A DNA stretch of 64,000 nt from Adineta vaga (Eukaryota; Animalia; Rotifera), in NCBI GenBank assembly GCA_021613535.1, contig CP075496.1, forward strand, positions 3,286,001 to 3,350,000, read 5' to 3'. The notes under the pieces are model-generated. The model was not told where the DNA came from and ran no database searches. It worked only from the letters and a program-made list of their open reading frames with translations. The first letter of the stretch is position 1; each line of letters starts with the position of its first letter. Positions 12,701 through 27,160 of this stretch are shown one piece after another. A program made the position numbers and the translations under genes.

Positions 12701-13485
12701 GAATAAAAAAAACGATAGACCTTTGTCTTTTCTTCTGTTTCATTGAACATAGATTATGAACAGCAATGCTAGTGCCTACTAGTAATGTTATCAATGATCA
12801 TTATTTTCGTATAGAAATTGTAATGAAATAAGAATTAGAGAAAAGTCTTACACCTTCTTTTTTCGAACACTAAATGAAGCGTTTAAAATTATATCAAAAG
12901 ACGATAAGAAGAAAAAGAGAGAACACCGATAGACTATTCAGTGGGGTACCATTTGTCTGGATACTACGAAGATTATTCTTCGATTGGGACAATTAAGAAT
13001 AGGCGGCAAACGAAAGAAAAAGGAGACATCACCTTCATATCTTTTAATGAGCTATTGTGACAAGTCTTATTTAGACATATGCATGTGTGTGTGTGTGTGT
13101 GTGTGTGTGTCTATACGTATATGTGTGCATTTTGACAGTGATGCGACAAGTTGTCGGCTAGTTAGATTAAGACCTGGACGAAACATAAAAGACTTACTTG
13201 GTAAACTTAACATTGCTGGTTCACTTTCAAGTAAACCATATTCAGTTGAAACAACGCATGCATAAGCACCTGGTTGAGTATATGCAGTATCGCCAAATTG
13301 AAATATACGTAATTCATTATCATGCATTTCAATTATCGATGGATTCAATTCAATACGTTGTCCAACATGAGTCCAATAGGCAACCGAAAGAAATGGTGTA
13401 TCATTACTTTCACATATTAAATGTGCCTCAGATGACGATGGTATTACAGCTGTTTGAGGTCGTACACGTACTTGTGGTAAACCAT
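6756..13485 (-). CDS. CDON/BOC/Ihog-family Hedgehog co-receptor (5 Ig + 2 FN3 + TM + Ser-rich tail); signal-peptide exon not securely located
   Basis: Ig2 EGNIAVIPCELP...YKLLPSGNLHI...YQCSAKNSVT, membrane-proximal FN3 SDGQINLKW...IDGFIIYYR and TM start SDMLYLTIG all resemble CDON/BOC. Many short introns plus one 2.5-kb intron (10656-13197). Stop TAA at 6756-6758. Confidence 0.85.
13084..13110. repeat. (TG)n microsatellite in the long intron
   Basis: Run of about 13 TG units. Confidence 0.9.
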
Positions 13486-13499
13486 CTAAATAAAGATGA

Positions 13500-16400
13500 A
13501 AGAAAAGCCAATATAGAATTTGATTGAATAAAGCATCATTGAAAATAAGTTTACATACCAATAGAATATAAGTAAAAGAATAAGATGAGAATATCGATCA
13601 ATTTCATTGTGCATATTACATTATAAAGAAATCAAACAAAAACAAAGACATCTACAATTAATGAAACCATATGATGTAATGTATGAAAAAGGAGAAGAAA
13701 TAAAAAAAACGAGAATTGTTCATTAATACACTTGGACGCATCAATTGTTCAGCCAAATGAGCATCCAAACAGTAAGAATAATAACAATACAAATTCTATT
13801 CGTAGCTTTAATAAGATCAGGTTGAACGAATATTGACCGCCTACCGTCAGCTGTTCATTCATTCATTCAATCTTAGTGTGTATTTAAAGGAAAGAAAACG
13901 ACACAGACAGCGTGTAAAAGGAGATCATCGGTGTTATTGTTGATAGTCGGGGCATCTTTTCGGGTGTAATTACAAGAAGAAGGATAGTAGACGATGATGA
14001 TCAGGATCAGGATGGAAGCGTCTTTAAGTAAAAAGAGAATATAAGACAAGCCGAACGAAGGAAGGTGGCTATTGTGAACATTGTTCAAATATAAAACATA
14101 AGAGAAAGAAAAGCGAGAGCGAGCGAAAGAGAGAGAGACAGACAGAGAAAGAATTCAACAAGTCATCATCATTTTTCTTTGCTATACATTTATTCTCTCA
14201 TTTTTTTCCTCTTCTCCTTCTCCTTCTCTTTCGTTCTCTTCAAAGACTGTTCATCTGTCAGCTAGCTTCTCTTTCTCTTTCTCTCGTACAATTTGTTTTA
14301 GCATTTCCGCTTCTACTCTCTGCTTTACTCGTCTCATTTTATTCGAGAACATGCAAAGGTGAACAAAAATAGTAACTCCACCTTTATCATCACAACAGAA
14401 GCACATCATCAGCAGCAGCAGCATCATTTGGATCATTTCAACGTCATATGCGACACATATACGAGAAGAAGAAAAAACGACAAAGACGACACAAGGAAAA
14501 CGTCAAGGGGGAATTACGTGTCAATGTCTCAGTTGAATATGCTTTATAAATAAATAAGGAAAGAACCGAAGAAGAAGAAGGAGAAGAAGAAAAGGGGAAA
14601 AACGGAATGTTTCAACGATCAATAAAATTAGACAACTCAAAAGAAATGTTTCACACATCTTTTCTTCGTTTTTATTATTTTTCTTCCCTTCATCTCTAAA
14701 TACGATGGACAAATAAACTCTTCTTGAGTAGATACATAAAAGTCGCCATAGTAAACACCTCAGATAGATGAACTTTCAAGGCAAATAAATCATCGTTGCC
14801 GCCAACGATCTTCATCTCTTTGTACACAACATATCCCATAGAAATACAGAAACAAAAAAAAAGAAGAATGAATGATGATTGAAGAAAAGATGCGATCGTT
14901 GCTTGCGCTTCAAATAGAATATATATTTATATATGAGAATGGATATATGCTAAGATCACTATCAATCGACATGCAATTGAACAGTTCATCTATATTCAAG
15001 AAATAAAAAAAAGAAAGAAATCAAATGTGCGATATAGTCAATCAATAAAAGAAACTATATTTGCGTTCTCAATGTAGGATAAAAAGAGGACCGACCAACA
15101 TTCTCTTGTCGATTAATCGAACATTAAAATCTGTTAAAATGATTTCAATTAAAAGGAAAAAAACACTTATTCTTCTTTTCTACTAGATCATTTCAATAAG
15201 GATAAGAATAGATCTGTTATATCCAATTTGATAAACTTTTTCTAAGCTTAAACACACGCACATCCGCTCGTTAAAGATAATGGCTAGTGACCTTCATGTT
15301 ATCAATAATATCATCGCTTACTTTTCCTATATTTCTTCAATATCCTTGCTTGGTATACGCATGTATATGTATTATACATGTATATGAGTGTGAACATTAT
15401 ATACATCAAGCAAACTTCGATAGATAGATGGAAGAGTCTAATCAACAACATCGATGAGTAGTAGTAGGACGTTGTTTATTGCTAAAAGATAGATAGAATG
15501 ATAGATACTCACTCTCTTCGCTTGATGAAATTGTAGTTTAGATTGAGAAGATTTTTATCTTTAGAAATAGAACATATGTTTTTTTTCCAATACGATGATG
15601 ATAATAATAATGATAATAATGATCACGATGATGCATAATCATGAACAAATTACGCGATCGATTGATCGCTAGACGTATATTCGATGCACTACTACTACTA
15701 CTTTTCTCTTCTTCTTTTACTAGTACGACGACGACGATGACGACTATTTGTGTGTCGCAATCATAACCACTTCGTTGTTGTTGACCACCGCCTTCAATCA
15801 ATGTGAACAGAAGGTAGCCATTAGACGAGAGTAAAGTAAACGAGGGAGAGTTGCATACTAGTCAATTGAGTGGACACGTTGATGGTTTTATTGAAATCGA
15901 CAAGCAGCCAACGGTACAGATGGCAAAAGACGATGAACAAGACGATGAAGAAAAAGAGAGAAGAAGATGATGATCAAGTCCTTCACGTCTCTTGATGTAT
16001 GTGCATTGACCTGTTTTGACGATGCACTGACAGAAATGACGAGGGAGAGAAGAAGAGAAGAGAAGAGGAGAGAGAAAAAGAAAAAAATCGCTCACTCGCT
16101 CTACAATCATTGTTGCTTCCGTACGTATGGTTGAACACAGACAGCTATAAAAAAAAGAACTGAAGAGAAAAAAACGGAACATAGTACTATAAGATCGATC
16201 ACTCGATTGACAGTGGCTTATCTCATCATAGCTTTTTTCTTCATTCTCGATCTAAGTAATGCATATCATAAAAGCGCACTAAACAAAATCGAACAAGCGA
16301 GCAAGTCATAATCAATTCATGAAACAGTTGAATTGTCAGAAAGAAGAAATTCTATTTCAATAATCGAAATTACCAATCTCATCTACGTACAATAGATCTC

Positions 16401-19400
16401 CTTGAAACTGTTCAAACAAATTTCTTTTTCTTTACCTTACTTTAGGTACCACTTTCTATTGTGATATTCAAGGTTGAAGAATATATGTGTACATATCCAC
16501 TTACGACACTTGCACGCAATCGGTGTGAAAAACGATTTATTCGTCGAAAAAAGAAAAATTTGAATCAATCTAGATTCTTTCTAACAAATTTGTTTTTTCT
16601 CTTCTTTCTAATCTAAAAGAAAAACAAAATTGACATATACATAAATCTAAATTGACAGATATCATTGCATAATCGAGACAAATGCTTACTAGCTAACTGG
16701 TATGTTCCTATTCCCAACCAGTCGTTTGCCCCCTACAAAAAAAAAAGGAATTTCCTCTTTGAGAGCAAATGTCACCATTCTTTTCTTGACTCGTTTTATT
16801 CAAATACACAAAAAAAGGGGAAATAGAAGATTGTGTCATGTCAAAAAAAAAGTAACGAATGATTATTAGAAATTGTATTTAGTTGTAAATGAATGATGTA
16901 AGTTGTCAATTGAAACATAGTTCTATATCAGAAGTGATAAGCAAGAAATAGAAATGTCTACTGTTTTGCACATACATACAGATGGATAAGCGGATGAGCG
17001 CGATTTATCTCAATATGTATGACGTAAGAAGACGAGAATGATATGAGTAGAGTTTAATCCAAAGAGAAGGAAAGATTTACCAAACAAACAAATAAACGAT
17101 GCAATTATTCATAAATAAATACGTATGGAGTTTATAACATCAAGAAGATGCATATTCAAGGTTGTTGTTTTTAGTTGTCTTAAGATAATAATAGACATTT
17201 CTACCCCCTACAGCTTATCATACCTCGATTTTGAACAACAATCAAGTAGAAATCATAATAACTCTCAAGTCCCATTAACTTTGTTCATCTGACGACAAGA
17301 AAAGTTCATCTGTCATCTTCTCATACCTCTATATGTACATCTGATATTGATCTATACAAAAAGACAAAAGACGAGGAAAGAAAGGAAGAAAAGAAATTAG
17401 TGGCCTAGTTCAAGGTTATTTCAAGTGGACAGACGCACGTTTCTCAGTCACCAGATTGTATTGTCACTCTTAAAACAACAGATTTTTTTCAAGTGACTAT
17501 AAACGAGAAAATTTTTACCGTCATTTTATTTGAACATCAAACAAAACTGGCATAGATCTTACAGGTGTTTGTTCTATTTTTTCTTTTATAGAAAAATGTT
17601 CATAGAAAAAAAGAAACGAAAATGAATATTCATTTATTTCTCTATTAGAAGTTCAATTGGTCGTTTAATAAAAAGAAAAGAAAATGTTCTTACTTTTCGC
17701 AATAATCGAAGATTGATCCGATCAATTTTCCATTCACATTTGAATAATCAACAGACTTTTAGATTACTTGCCTTGCTCTTTCTCTCTTTCTCTCTTTCCT
17801 ATTCAATCCTTACGGTTATTTACTTTATGAACTAGATAGAGGGCAAGGCACGGCTCAAATACTGAATAAGGAAGACTATAACAATAACAATAAAACAGAA
17901 CGTGAATGAATGTGTATGTATATGTATATATATATATATGGATGTGTGTGTGTGTGCGTTCGTTAGTAGGCGGGCAAGCAGGCAGAAAATGATAATCGGG
18001 AAAGGGTGGGTGAACTTTTCTTCATATTCACTATAGATTATAGCAGCATCCAAACACAACAGACCATTATGAAATGTACACGCATGTGCATGTTAGTACA
18101 AGTGACTGAAATCTCACGAAAAGATGAGAAGAGAGATTGTCTATGTTTAATAGCAAGTTTATTATGCTCCTTGATCATCTTAACAACGAGTGAAATTACA
18201 AGTTAAATGATACTTTTACTTTCTCTCGTTCCTTTTTTTTCTCTCATCTAGCAATGTACCTTATACTTGTATTAGAATAAAAGTCATTGTACACACCTTG
18301 TGAAGGACTTACTCGTTTAAAATTGATAATAAAACATAGCTAAAAAAGAAGAAGAAAGTATTGTCCTAGATAGTATACTTCCGTACTTGATTTCAATCAT
18401 TTTCTTTTCACTCTTTTCGTGTATTTCATCCTCAATGACCAACAATATCTGACAGGATAGAGAGGAAGTATCCCTTTCCCTGGTCAATGTAAAGAAGTAT
18501 GTTTGAAAATGATGCCTATAGGCTATTATAATTATGTCATCGGTGGTAGATTGAATACAAGAGTAAGAGAAAAGGAGCGACAAAAAAATCTCTCTATGGA
18601 TTGTTCCGATAGAGACAATACATGCTGAGATGATGAAAAGACATCTAGGCAATCATTATTATGAATTCGAATATAACAAGCTGATACCGCCATCCTGTCG
18701 TTTGTTGTTTAAGCTTGAATGCGTCTTTTTTTCAATCAGATCGGTCACATCTATCTGTCTATCTATGGAGTGAAATCAATATTCTAATTGTTTACCCTGA
18801 GTTAAGTACGAAACAAAGAGAGAATAAGAAACAAAACAGGTGTACGAACAAAACTGAATGATGTTCATCAGAGAATCCTTGATCGATTGCATAAGAGATC
18901 ATTCATCGTTCAATTCAACTTTACGTGTGAAGTATAGAGCAAAGTTAAGAAATTAAAACTACCATACATATATGTATATACGTATACATATATACCTACC
19001 GAATGAAAATGATTCCGATAAAAAGTACACATATATAGTGGCAAAAAATGAAAAGAAAATGAAACAAAAGACATGAGCACTTCTCCGATGACGCAATACA
19101 TTTCTCTCTCTCTCTCTAGAGGAAATTATATTTTGAACCTGGTTAGCTTGATTAGAGCTCGTTTCAAGTTTAGAAAAAGAAAAACGAGAACACAACTCTA
19201 TAGTCAATTAACTAAAAAAATAGATTACATATACATAACTTCTTTTACTACGCGAATAGTCTTTTCTGAGACATTTGTACATAGAGAATGAAAAGTTTGT
19301 GAAGATAATTTTAACTATACGAATTGATGAAATAGTAGAATGTATTAAAAAAAAAAGAGATCGAATTACTTACTGATAAAGTCTTTGAAAAGTATATGAA

Positions 19401-22400
19401 GTTGAACATAACATTCATGCCTTATTCACTCAACAAATGATGTGATGAAACTTCTGTTCTCATCTATCGGTACTTTTCAACCTGTAAATGGCATGTTGTA
19501 TGATTTCGTAAGCAACGATACTATAACCACAGTAACAGCAAAGAAAAGAGAGAAAGAAAATGTTTCGCTTGACCGATGTTTTAAAAGAATCTATAATATG
19601 TAGGTCTACGTACAATAGAGTTAGTGATGAAATAATTAACCATTTTTCGATCAGAAAAATACTATGGATAAGAAGCGAAGAATTGATTCACTTGACGATC
19701 GATCGACCGGCGACTACATATCAACGTTCGGAGTGGTAAAATGTAACAATTTGCATTCTATTCAGAAGAAAGAGAAGGGAGAAGCCACAAAAAAAGAAAA
19801 GAAACATTCAAAGTCGGGGACAGAATGTCAAGTGATCGTCAGAACTCATACATAATCGATACGGTAGACTCTCTTGAGACAGATAATCGAAAGTACAAAT
19901 AAAAACTAATCATTATACAACTTTTCAAAATCAAACAAACAAACTATAGAAGACAATTATTTCATTTCAAATCTGTCCAAGACATAAATCATCTATAGAT
20001 ATATTCAGAAAATGTCAAAGCTCAAATTACGTTTTCATTATGAATATCAATCGGTTACTGTCTGTCTCATTTTGAAAAAAGAAATTAGTTTGTCTTCTCC
20101 TGAAATAAATTCCACCCTAAAGACGATAAGAAAAACAACTCTGATTACATGTATATACAATATAGACGTTTTAAATAATTAACCGGAATAAGTTGTGCGA
20201 CTTCCTTATTTTACCTGTTTTGTTGCATGCAATCATTGGAAGTTAAATTGGAGCAAATGAACGAATGATGAAGGAAACAAGAAAAGAAGAATGTATTCGT
20301 TTTCTTGAGTTAGACATGCGATGTGAATAAAAGAGAAAAATAATAGGATAGAAAAATACCATCCTGATCAATTTGATTGTGAAAAGAATTTAACCTTGTC
20401 ATACTTAAATATATACTCATACATCTGGATTGTTAATCGGCTTTAGTAACAATGCCAACTTCCATCATGACAATTTACAGATGTTAGACGACTGAAACTA
20501 ATATTAATAGTGTATATATTGAAGAAAATAAAAAAAGGTCATTGTCATGTTTTGTTTGCTCAAGAGAATATAACAATGAATTGTCTGATCCCATCTACTG
20601 GTCAATATATATATATATATATATGTACTAAAATAAAGTCGACAATGGAGTGGAATAAATAGACAATTTATTTTTCGTGAATTCTCGCACGCGCGATCGA
20701 CTAACGAGTAATTAAAGATGATTAGTAGATTTGATAGAGAGAAAGAAAGAAAGGGAGACTATGTGTGAACGACTCAGTTGACGAATAGAGACAGACACGC
20801 ACATAGATGAGAACATGTTCAAGAATGGGTGACAACAACGAAGAGATTTTTCTTTTTGTCTTTGCCTCTCTTCACGCCATCCATTCATTGTACATAGATT
20901 AACACGAACTTGTACCATTGACACTCTTCACACATCTACACACATATATGCATATATCACCCTCACACACACACACACAAGCTGTGTAAATCCTTATGGA
21001 AATCATCTCTATTCTCTTTGTTTGACCAACTGTTCTAATGGATATTTCTCGTTCGATCATGCCTATCGAATTATTCAAGCTTTCTATCACACTTCTATAT
21101 ATTTATATGGTTACGAAATATTCATGCAATCTTATGTTTCATGAGAGACCTTCATATGTGTTAAGAAGAACAAAATTGAACCTTCTATCATTACCCATCC
21201 ATGTCTTTTGACTAGATAGAATATTACACTTCGTGATTGATTAAAATGAACACAGAAGCGTGAATTGTTTGTTCACACACCGAAACGAATAGAGAACTGT
21301 TCAGATGATGGCGTCGTCATCAGTGACCATTCGTCATCGTTATTCGAACGTATCTAATTGCAAGTGATGGTGTATTGATGTTCAACTATCCTCATCTTGG
21401 AATAATTACATCATAGAATGCAAAAAAAGGAAACAACAGTGAAAAAAAGAATGCATTATAATGACGAAAGGCTTCTGATGAAGGATTTTCTCACCGAGCC
21501 TTTGATTTTATATAGAAATGCAAGCATTCTTTTTCCGTTTCTTCTTCTTTTCTCTTCAATAAGCTTATTGTTCAAAAACAACAACTCACAGATTAGCGTC
21601 TCATCCTTTTCCGCATATTTAGATAAAAATAGTGAAATATATAAAATAAAATCGATGCTCATGTATGCCTAAGGCAAGCCGACAATCATTTCCTCTTCTC
21701 TCGCTTGTCCTAAAACAATTAAATGAGAGAAAAAAAACGAATGTATCGCTTGATGATTGTCACGCTAGTTTGACTAAGCCTCAAGCTATTTCAATATTCT
21801 CGTACAAATTGATACATTCAATATCTCACATCTAGGTAATTCAATATAAATAGCAAATTTATCTTCCCTTGGTCTGTCATCAATTCTTTGTGATCTTCTC
21901 TTGATCCGATCGCATATATGATATACGAATGTGTTAGTGATCAGTTATCCCGGAGGCGATATACAACAACAAAATGACCTTTTACTCGAACAAATTTTCT
22001 TCTTCTTTATTGATACATTGTTCTTTAAACAAATAGCTTGATAGAAAAACGAGAAGGTAGGATGGACAACTGATATCAGTTGTTTTCTTTGCATAATCAA
22101 TCGATTTCTGTTCAGGTCAGATTCATTAATAAACATCTCATGATCTTTTCTCTATTTGCATGATAATACAACGAAAGGATCAAGATTTCAATTATCAACC
22201 TTGAGATAATGAATAAGACTATAATATAGTGTCAACAAGATTTCAATCAAATATGCTTGAATGAAACAGAAAATTGATTATTTGTTTACTATCCAAACAA
22301 CAGGGATAAAATTAACAAAAAGATATTCGAAGTTAATATCTATATCATCGTCGAATGTTTTCATTTCATAAATAAAACAAATTCCACAGATCGATGGAAA

Positions 22401-23700
22401 CAATCATCTCTTAGATAGATTACATTATGAAATCAAAACACATGTGTGGAACGAACACTTCTGTCTATCAATGTGTGAATTGGTTTGTTGAAGAAAAACA
22501 ATTGTTTAATTTATTTTTAAATTTAGAAAACATGATCGTATACATAAACATACACTTATGTTTCGTGTCAAATTTTCATCGTTTTCTCAGCCGACAAATT
22601 CAAATTAGATCATAGAATGAGGATATTGATTCAATGTATAAATCACGTTTTATATACAAGAGTCGTGTTGTTACGTGACTCTATTGATGATATTCGAAGG
22701 ATTCATTCATTTCGATGATGAAGCAAATTTAAAAACTAATAATTAATAGCTTCGCGATAGACAGTAGTCAATTTAAAATTTTGTCTTTTTTTGAAAGGCT
22801 ACATTTCTATTTTTGTATTTAAATAGCATAAAGAATACTTATAAGATGAAACAACGAAGAAGAAGAAAAAAATTGAAGTATCATTAACATTTTCGTTACT
22901 TGTTCAATCTAATGAATAGAGCGTTGTAATGTGTATAAGCTATTGTGCTGTTGTCATCAAGATTTTGAATTCTATATTCAGATGTATGTAAGAATCACTT
23001 GACAAGATTCGTTCAGAAAGTGAATGATAGAACTCTAGTTTCTAAGTGATCATCAAGTTTCATTATGAAATGAACAAGTGTTACGAAGATTTGATTACAA
23101 AACATCTCAATTATTTTAAGATAAGTTTGAAATTTCTATTGAAGTATCTCTGCTCGGGCTAAGAGAGAGAATCAATTAGATGTTATCGAATCGTTTTACA
23201 TCTTTTGAAATTATTTGTATTGATGATAAGTTAGTAATTGTGTCAGATGTTTTCTTTCACTTCATATCATGAAGAGTTTGTTTTCTTTTATTATAATCTT
23301 CCATTTATAAAATATATACTTAAAATGAACATAAGAATGTAATCGATGATACTTATGATCGAGATTCTCCTGCTGTTTTGATTCATGTAAAGATTTTAGA
23401 ACATGATCCTGAATAAACTGTTCTAATCACATTCAATTAAAACAGAATACAAAGAAAAAAAACGAAAAGAATTTTTTTTAATGTTTAGACTGTTCGCACA
23501 TCAAATATTAGCGACATCTTTCGTGTTTGAAAACGAAAGTCTTTTTTTTTCTTCTCTTTATCGAACAAATCAATTAATGATATGTTTTAAAAGATAAAAA
23601 TAATTGATTCAAGTTAAATGAAATGAAAAAAGGAGGTAGATTATAATTTCTTTCTTCGTACCTATCAATAAACAGTTCTAAATAAAAACTAACAAATGAT
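13500..23700. other. ~10 kb non-coding block (5' region of the CDON-like gene), rich in AG/AT/AC microsatellites
   Basis: Only short low-complexity ORFs. No domain or transposase recognised. Confidence 0.6.
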
Positions 23701-23801
23701 AAATTCTGGAAATGGATTCATCTAACAGTCTGTTTATTTTCGAAGTTTAATATTCTATCCTTTTGATATTTAATTGTTGTTACCATAGACAAGATTAAAT
23801 C

Positions 23802-25411
23802 ATGACTACGTTTAGTGGTTCAGATCATTTTTGGAAAGGAAATCAAACGCTCAAAGTACCGATGGAATTATTTAAATTAAATCGTCAACGTCTTTGTGAA
23901 GCATTACGAGCCCATCGAACATTACCACCTGATTCATTCGTATTTTTACAAGGTGGCACCGGCGAAATGCGCTATTGCAGTGATCATGAACCATTGTTTC
24001 GTCAAGAATCATACTTTCATTGGACATTCGGTGTGATCGAACCTGATTTTTATGGTGCTATTAATGTTCAAAATGGTGAATCAATCTTATTTATTCCACG
24101 TTTACCACCATCATATGTTGCATGGATGGGTAAAATAAAAGAAACGGATGAATTCAAGAAAATTTATCATGTTGATCGTGTTTATTTTGTTGATGAATTG
24201 GAAAAAGTATTTACTGAACTTGTCGGTACATCGAAATTGATTCTCGTATTAAATGGTTTAAATACAGATAGTGGTAAAGAATCGAAAGCTGCTCATTTTT
24301 CAGGAATGGAACAATTTCATGTTGATAAAATAACATTACATCCAATTATTAGTGAATGTCGAGTTTATAAAACGGACATGGAATTAGATGTGATGCGATA
24401 TACTAATAAAATTAGTTCCGAAGCACATAAATTTGTTATGTTAAATATTAAAGATGGTAAGTTCAAGATCTTGAAAGAAGAACTTGAAGCACTATGAATA
24501 TTCTAGGAATGTATGAATATGAAATAGAATCCTTATTTCAATATTATTGTTATCGTTATGGTGCAATGCGTCATCTGTCGTATACTTGTATTTGTGCAAC
24601 GGGTGTTAATCCAGCTATACTTCATTATGGTCATGCTGGTGCACCGAATGATCGTCAATTTACATCGAAAGATATGTGTTTATTTGATATGGGTGGAGAA
24701 TATTGTTGTTATGCATCAGATATTACTTGTTCATTTCCTGTTTCTGGTCGTTTTACCAAAGAACAACGAGTTATTTATGAAGCTGTTCTCGATGCTAATC
24801 GTCAAGTAATGAAAAGTGTTCGACCAGGTGTATCATGGGTTGATATGCATCTATTAGCTGAACGTACACAATTGGAACATTTGAAAGAAGCTGGTCTTGT
24901 TCAAGGTGATATTGATGAAATGATGAATGTTCGATTATGTTCTGTATTTATGCCTCATGGTCTTGGACATCTAATCGGTATCGATACACATGATGTTGGT
25001 GGTTATCTTGATCCTCAAAGTCGTTCAACATTACCAGCCTTGAAATCTTTACGAACAAATCGTATATTAAAAGAACGTATGTGCATTACTATTGAACCAG
25101 GAATCTATTTCAATCCAAGTTTATTAAATAATGCTTATGAAAATGAAGAACAAAATAAATTTTTAAATAAGAATGAAATTGATAAGTATTTACATGTCGG
25201 TGGTGTAAGAATTGAAGATGATATTGCTGTGACAAGTGATGGTTGTGAATTATTAACAGTTGTACCACGTACATGTGAAGAAATTGAAGAATGGATGTCA
25301 CATAATGACAAACAAGTGATCGATAAACTTGATTATGAATGTTTCGATCAATTGAATAAAAAATATCCATATCATAATCAATCGATATCAGTTAAAAAGC
25401 AAAATAATTAA
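23802..25411 (+). CDS. PEPD: Xaa-Pro dipeptidase (prolidase), 2 exons (intron 24457-24506)
   Basis: FRQESYFHWTFGV, LHYGHAGAPND, CLFDMGGEYCCYASDITCSFP, MPHGLGH..GIDTHDVGGY, TIEPGIYF, GGVRIEDD. Confidence 0.97.
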
Positions 25412-25634
25412 AATTATATATCGTGATCTTTTATCGATTATTTCAATCAATTCTTATTTATGCATTTGTGATTATAAATTTAATTTCCATGTATTTTGTG
25501 TTTTTCTTTCCAAACAGTATATATAAATATAGTGATTTTGATTCTCTTTTTTTGTTTTGTTTCGTTTCGAGATATAATCTATTGGATATCTTTACATTTT
25601 AGATTGAATAGTTGAATTTATTTCAATCATTATC

Positions 25635-26642
25635 ATGTCTCCAGTAACAGGTAGTGCAACGACAACCAAGAAGACTACCACAACAACAAAAACGTCTTCT
25701 GGAAAAACATCAAGTGGTGCATTGAAAAAAGGCAAAAAGAAAATAGCCGCTGCACCATTAAAATCGAAAGTCGAAAGCAAAAAACTTTCTAATCCTTTAT
25801 ATGAAAAACGCACAAAGAATTTTGGTATTGGTCAAGGTAATATTATCATTGGAATCCTTCTTTTTTTTGTAAGATTTATTTATTCAAATTTTTCTATCAA
25901 TTAGATATTCAACATAAACGTGATTTAACACGTTTTGTTAAATGGCCACAATACATTCGTGTTCAACGTCAACGTAGTATTTTACTTAAACGTTTGAAAG
26001 TTCCACCACCAATCAATCAATTTACCCAAACACTTGATAAACAAACATCAACACAATTATTTAAATTACTTGAAAAATATCGTCCAGAAAGTCGAGCAGA
26101 AAAAAAACTCCGTTTGAAACAACGTGCTGAAGCACAAGCTAAAAATGATAAACCAGATCGACCAACAAAACGACCAAGTGGTATTCGCAGTGGAATGAAT
26201 ACAGTCACTGCTTTGATCGAAAAGAAAAAAGCTCAATTAGTATGTTGCAAAAGATAAAATGAAATTTCGAAATCAGATGATATGATGCCATTTGTTTTAG
26301 GTTCTTATTGCTCATGATGTTGAACCAATTGAACTCGTTCTTCATTTACCAACATTATGTCGTAAAATGGGTGTTCCATATTGTATCGTAAAAGGCAAAG
26401 CTCGACTTGGTCGTCTTGTTCATTTAAAAACATGTACAACAGTTGCTTTAACTGATGTCAATGCTGAAGATAAATCTGGTTTAGGTAAAATCATTGAAGC
26501 CGTTAAAACAAACTTCAATGATCGTTATGATGAATTACGTCGTCATTGGGGTGGTGGTGTTTTGGGTAATAAATCTCAAGCACGTATCAATCGACTTGAA
26601 CGTATTAAAGCCCGAGAAGCAGCACATCAAAGAAATGCTTAA
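25635..26642 (+). CDS. RPL7A: 60S ribosomal protein L7a (eL8), 3 exons
   Basis: [15 protein letters not shown]|[64 protein letters not shown]. Confidence 0.97.
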
Positions 26643-27160
26643 AATCATTCATTCAATGCGCTGAACAAACAAGAAGAAAATGAAAACGAAAGAATATAAA
26701 AATTTCTCTAGAAGAACTTTTCTTGTTTTATTTTGTGTGTTTTGTTTTGATTGTCAAAGATCAGAAGTTGAAAATAAATCTACACACAAATATGAACCGA
26801 GAAGACATAAAAACTAAAACACATTTGTTTTCTTCATTTTATTTAGATCATTTGAACTATTATTCTTAATAAGAGAACGAATATTCATTTTTAAAATTAG
26901 TTTTATTTCGAAGCAAAACTTCGATCGAAGTATGTAAGTTAATATATTAGATCATTATTATCGTACCTATATTGAAATTAGATCACGACGTATTTGCTCA
27001 AGATAGAACATCTTTCTCAGTCTGATAGGATCGATAGAAGTTTTCTGAAGAGTATTAAACCATGATCGTACAAGTTACTTTTGTAAATAGTAAATAACAT
27101 ATTCTTTTCTTTTAGTTCCAGATAAAAGAATAAATAATGATTTTTTAAAAACATTTTTCG

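Noticed and set aside
13731-14088. Hydrophobic minus-strand ORFs as the CDON-like signal exon
   Set aside because: The frames hit stops before a phase-compatible donor, or lack an ATG.
21183-21230. TGACTAGA (miR-279-family seed) with partial upstream complement
   Set aside because: Only the seed matches, and the seed region is not paired in a credible precursor.
15538-22615. Short ORFs in the non-coding block
   Set aside because: Low complexity, many non-ATG starts, and no domains or consistent splice structure.
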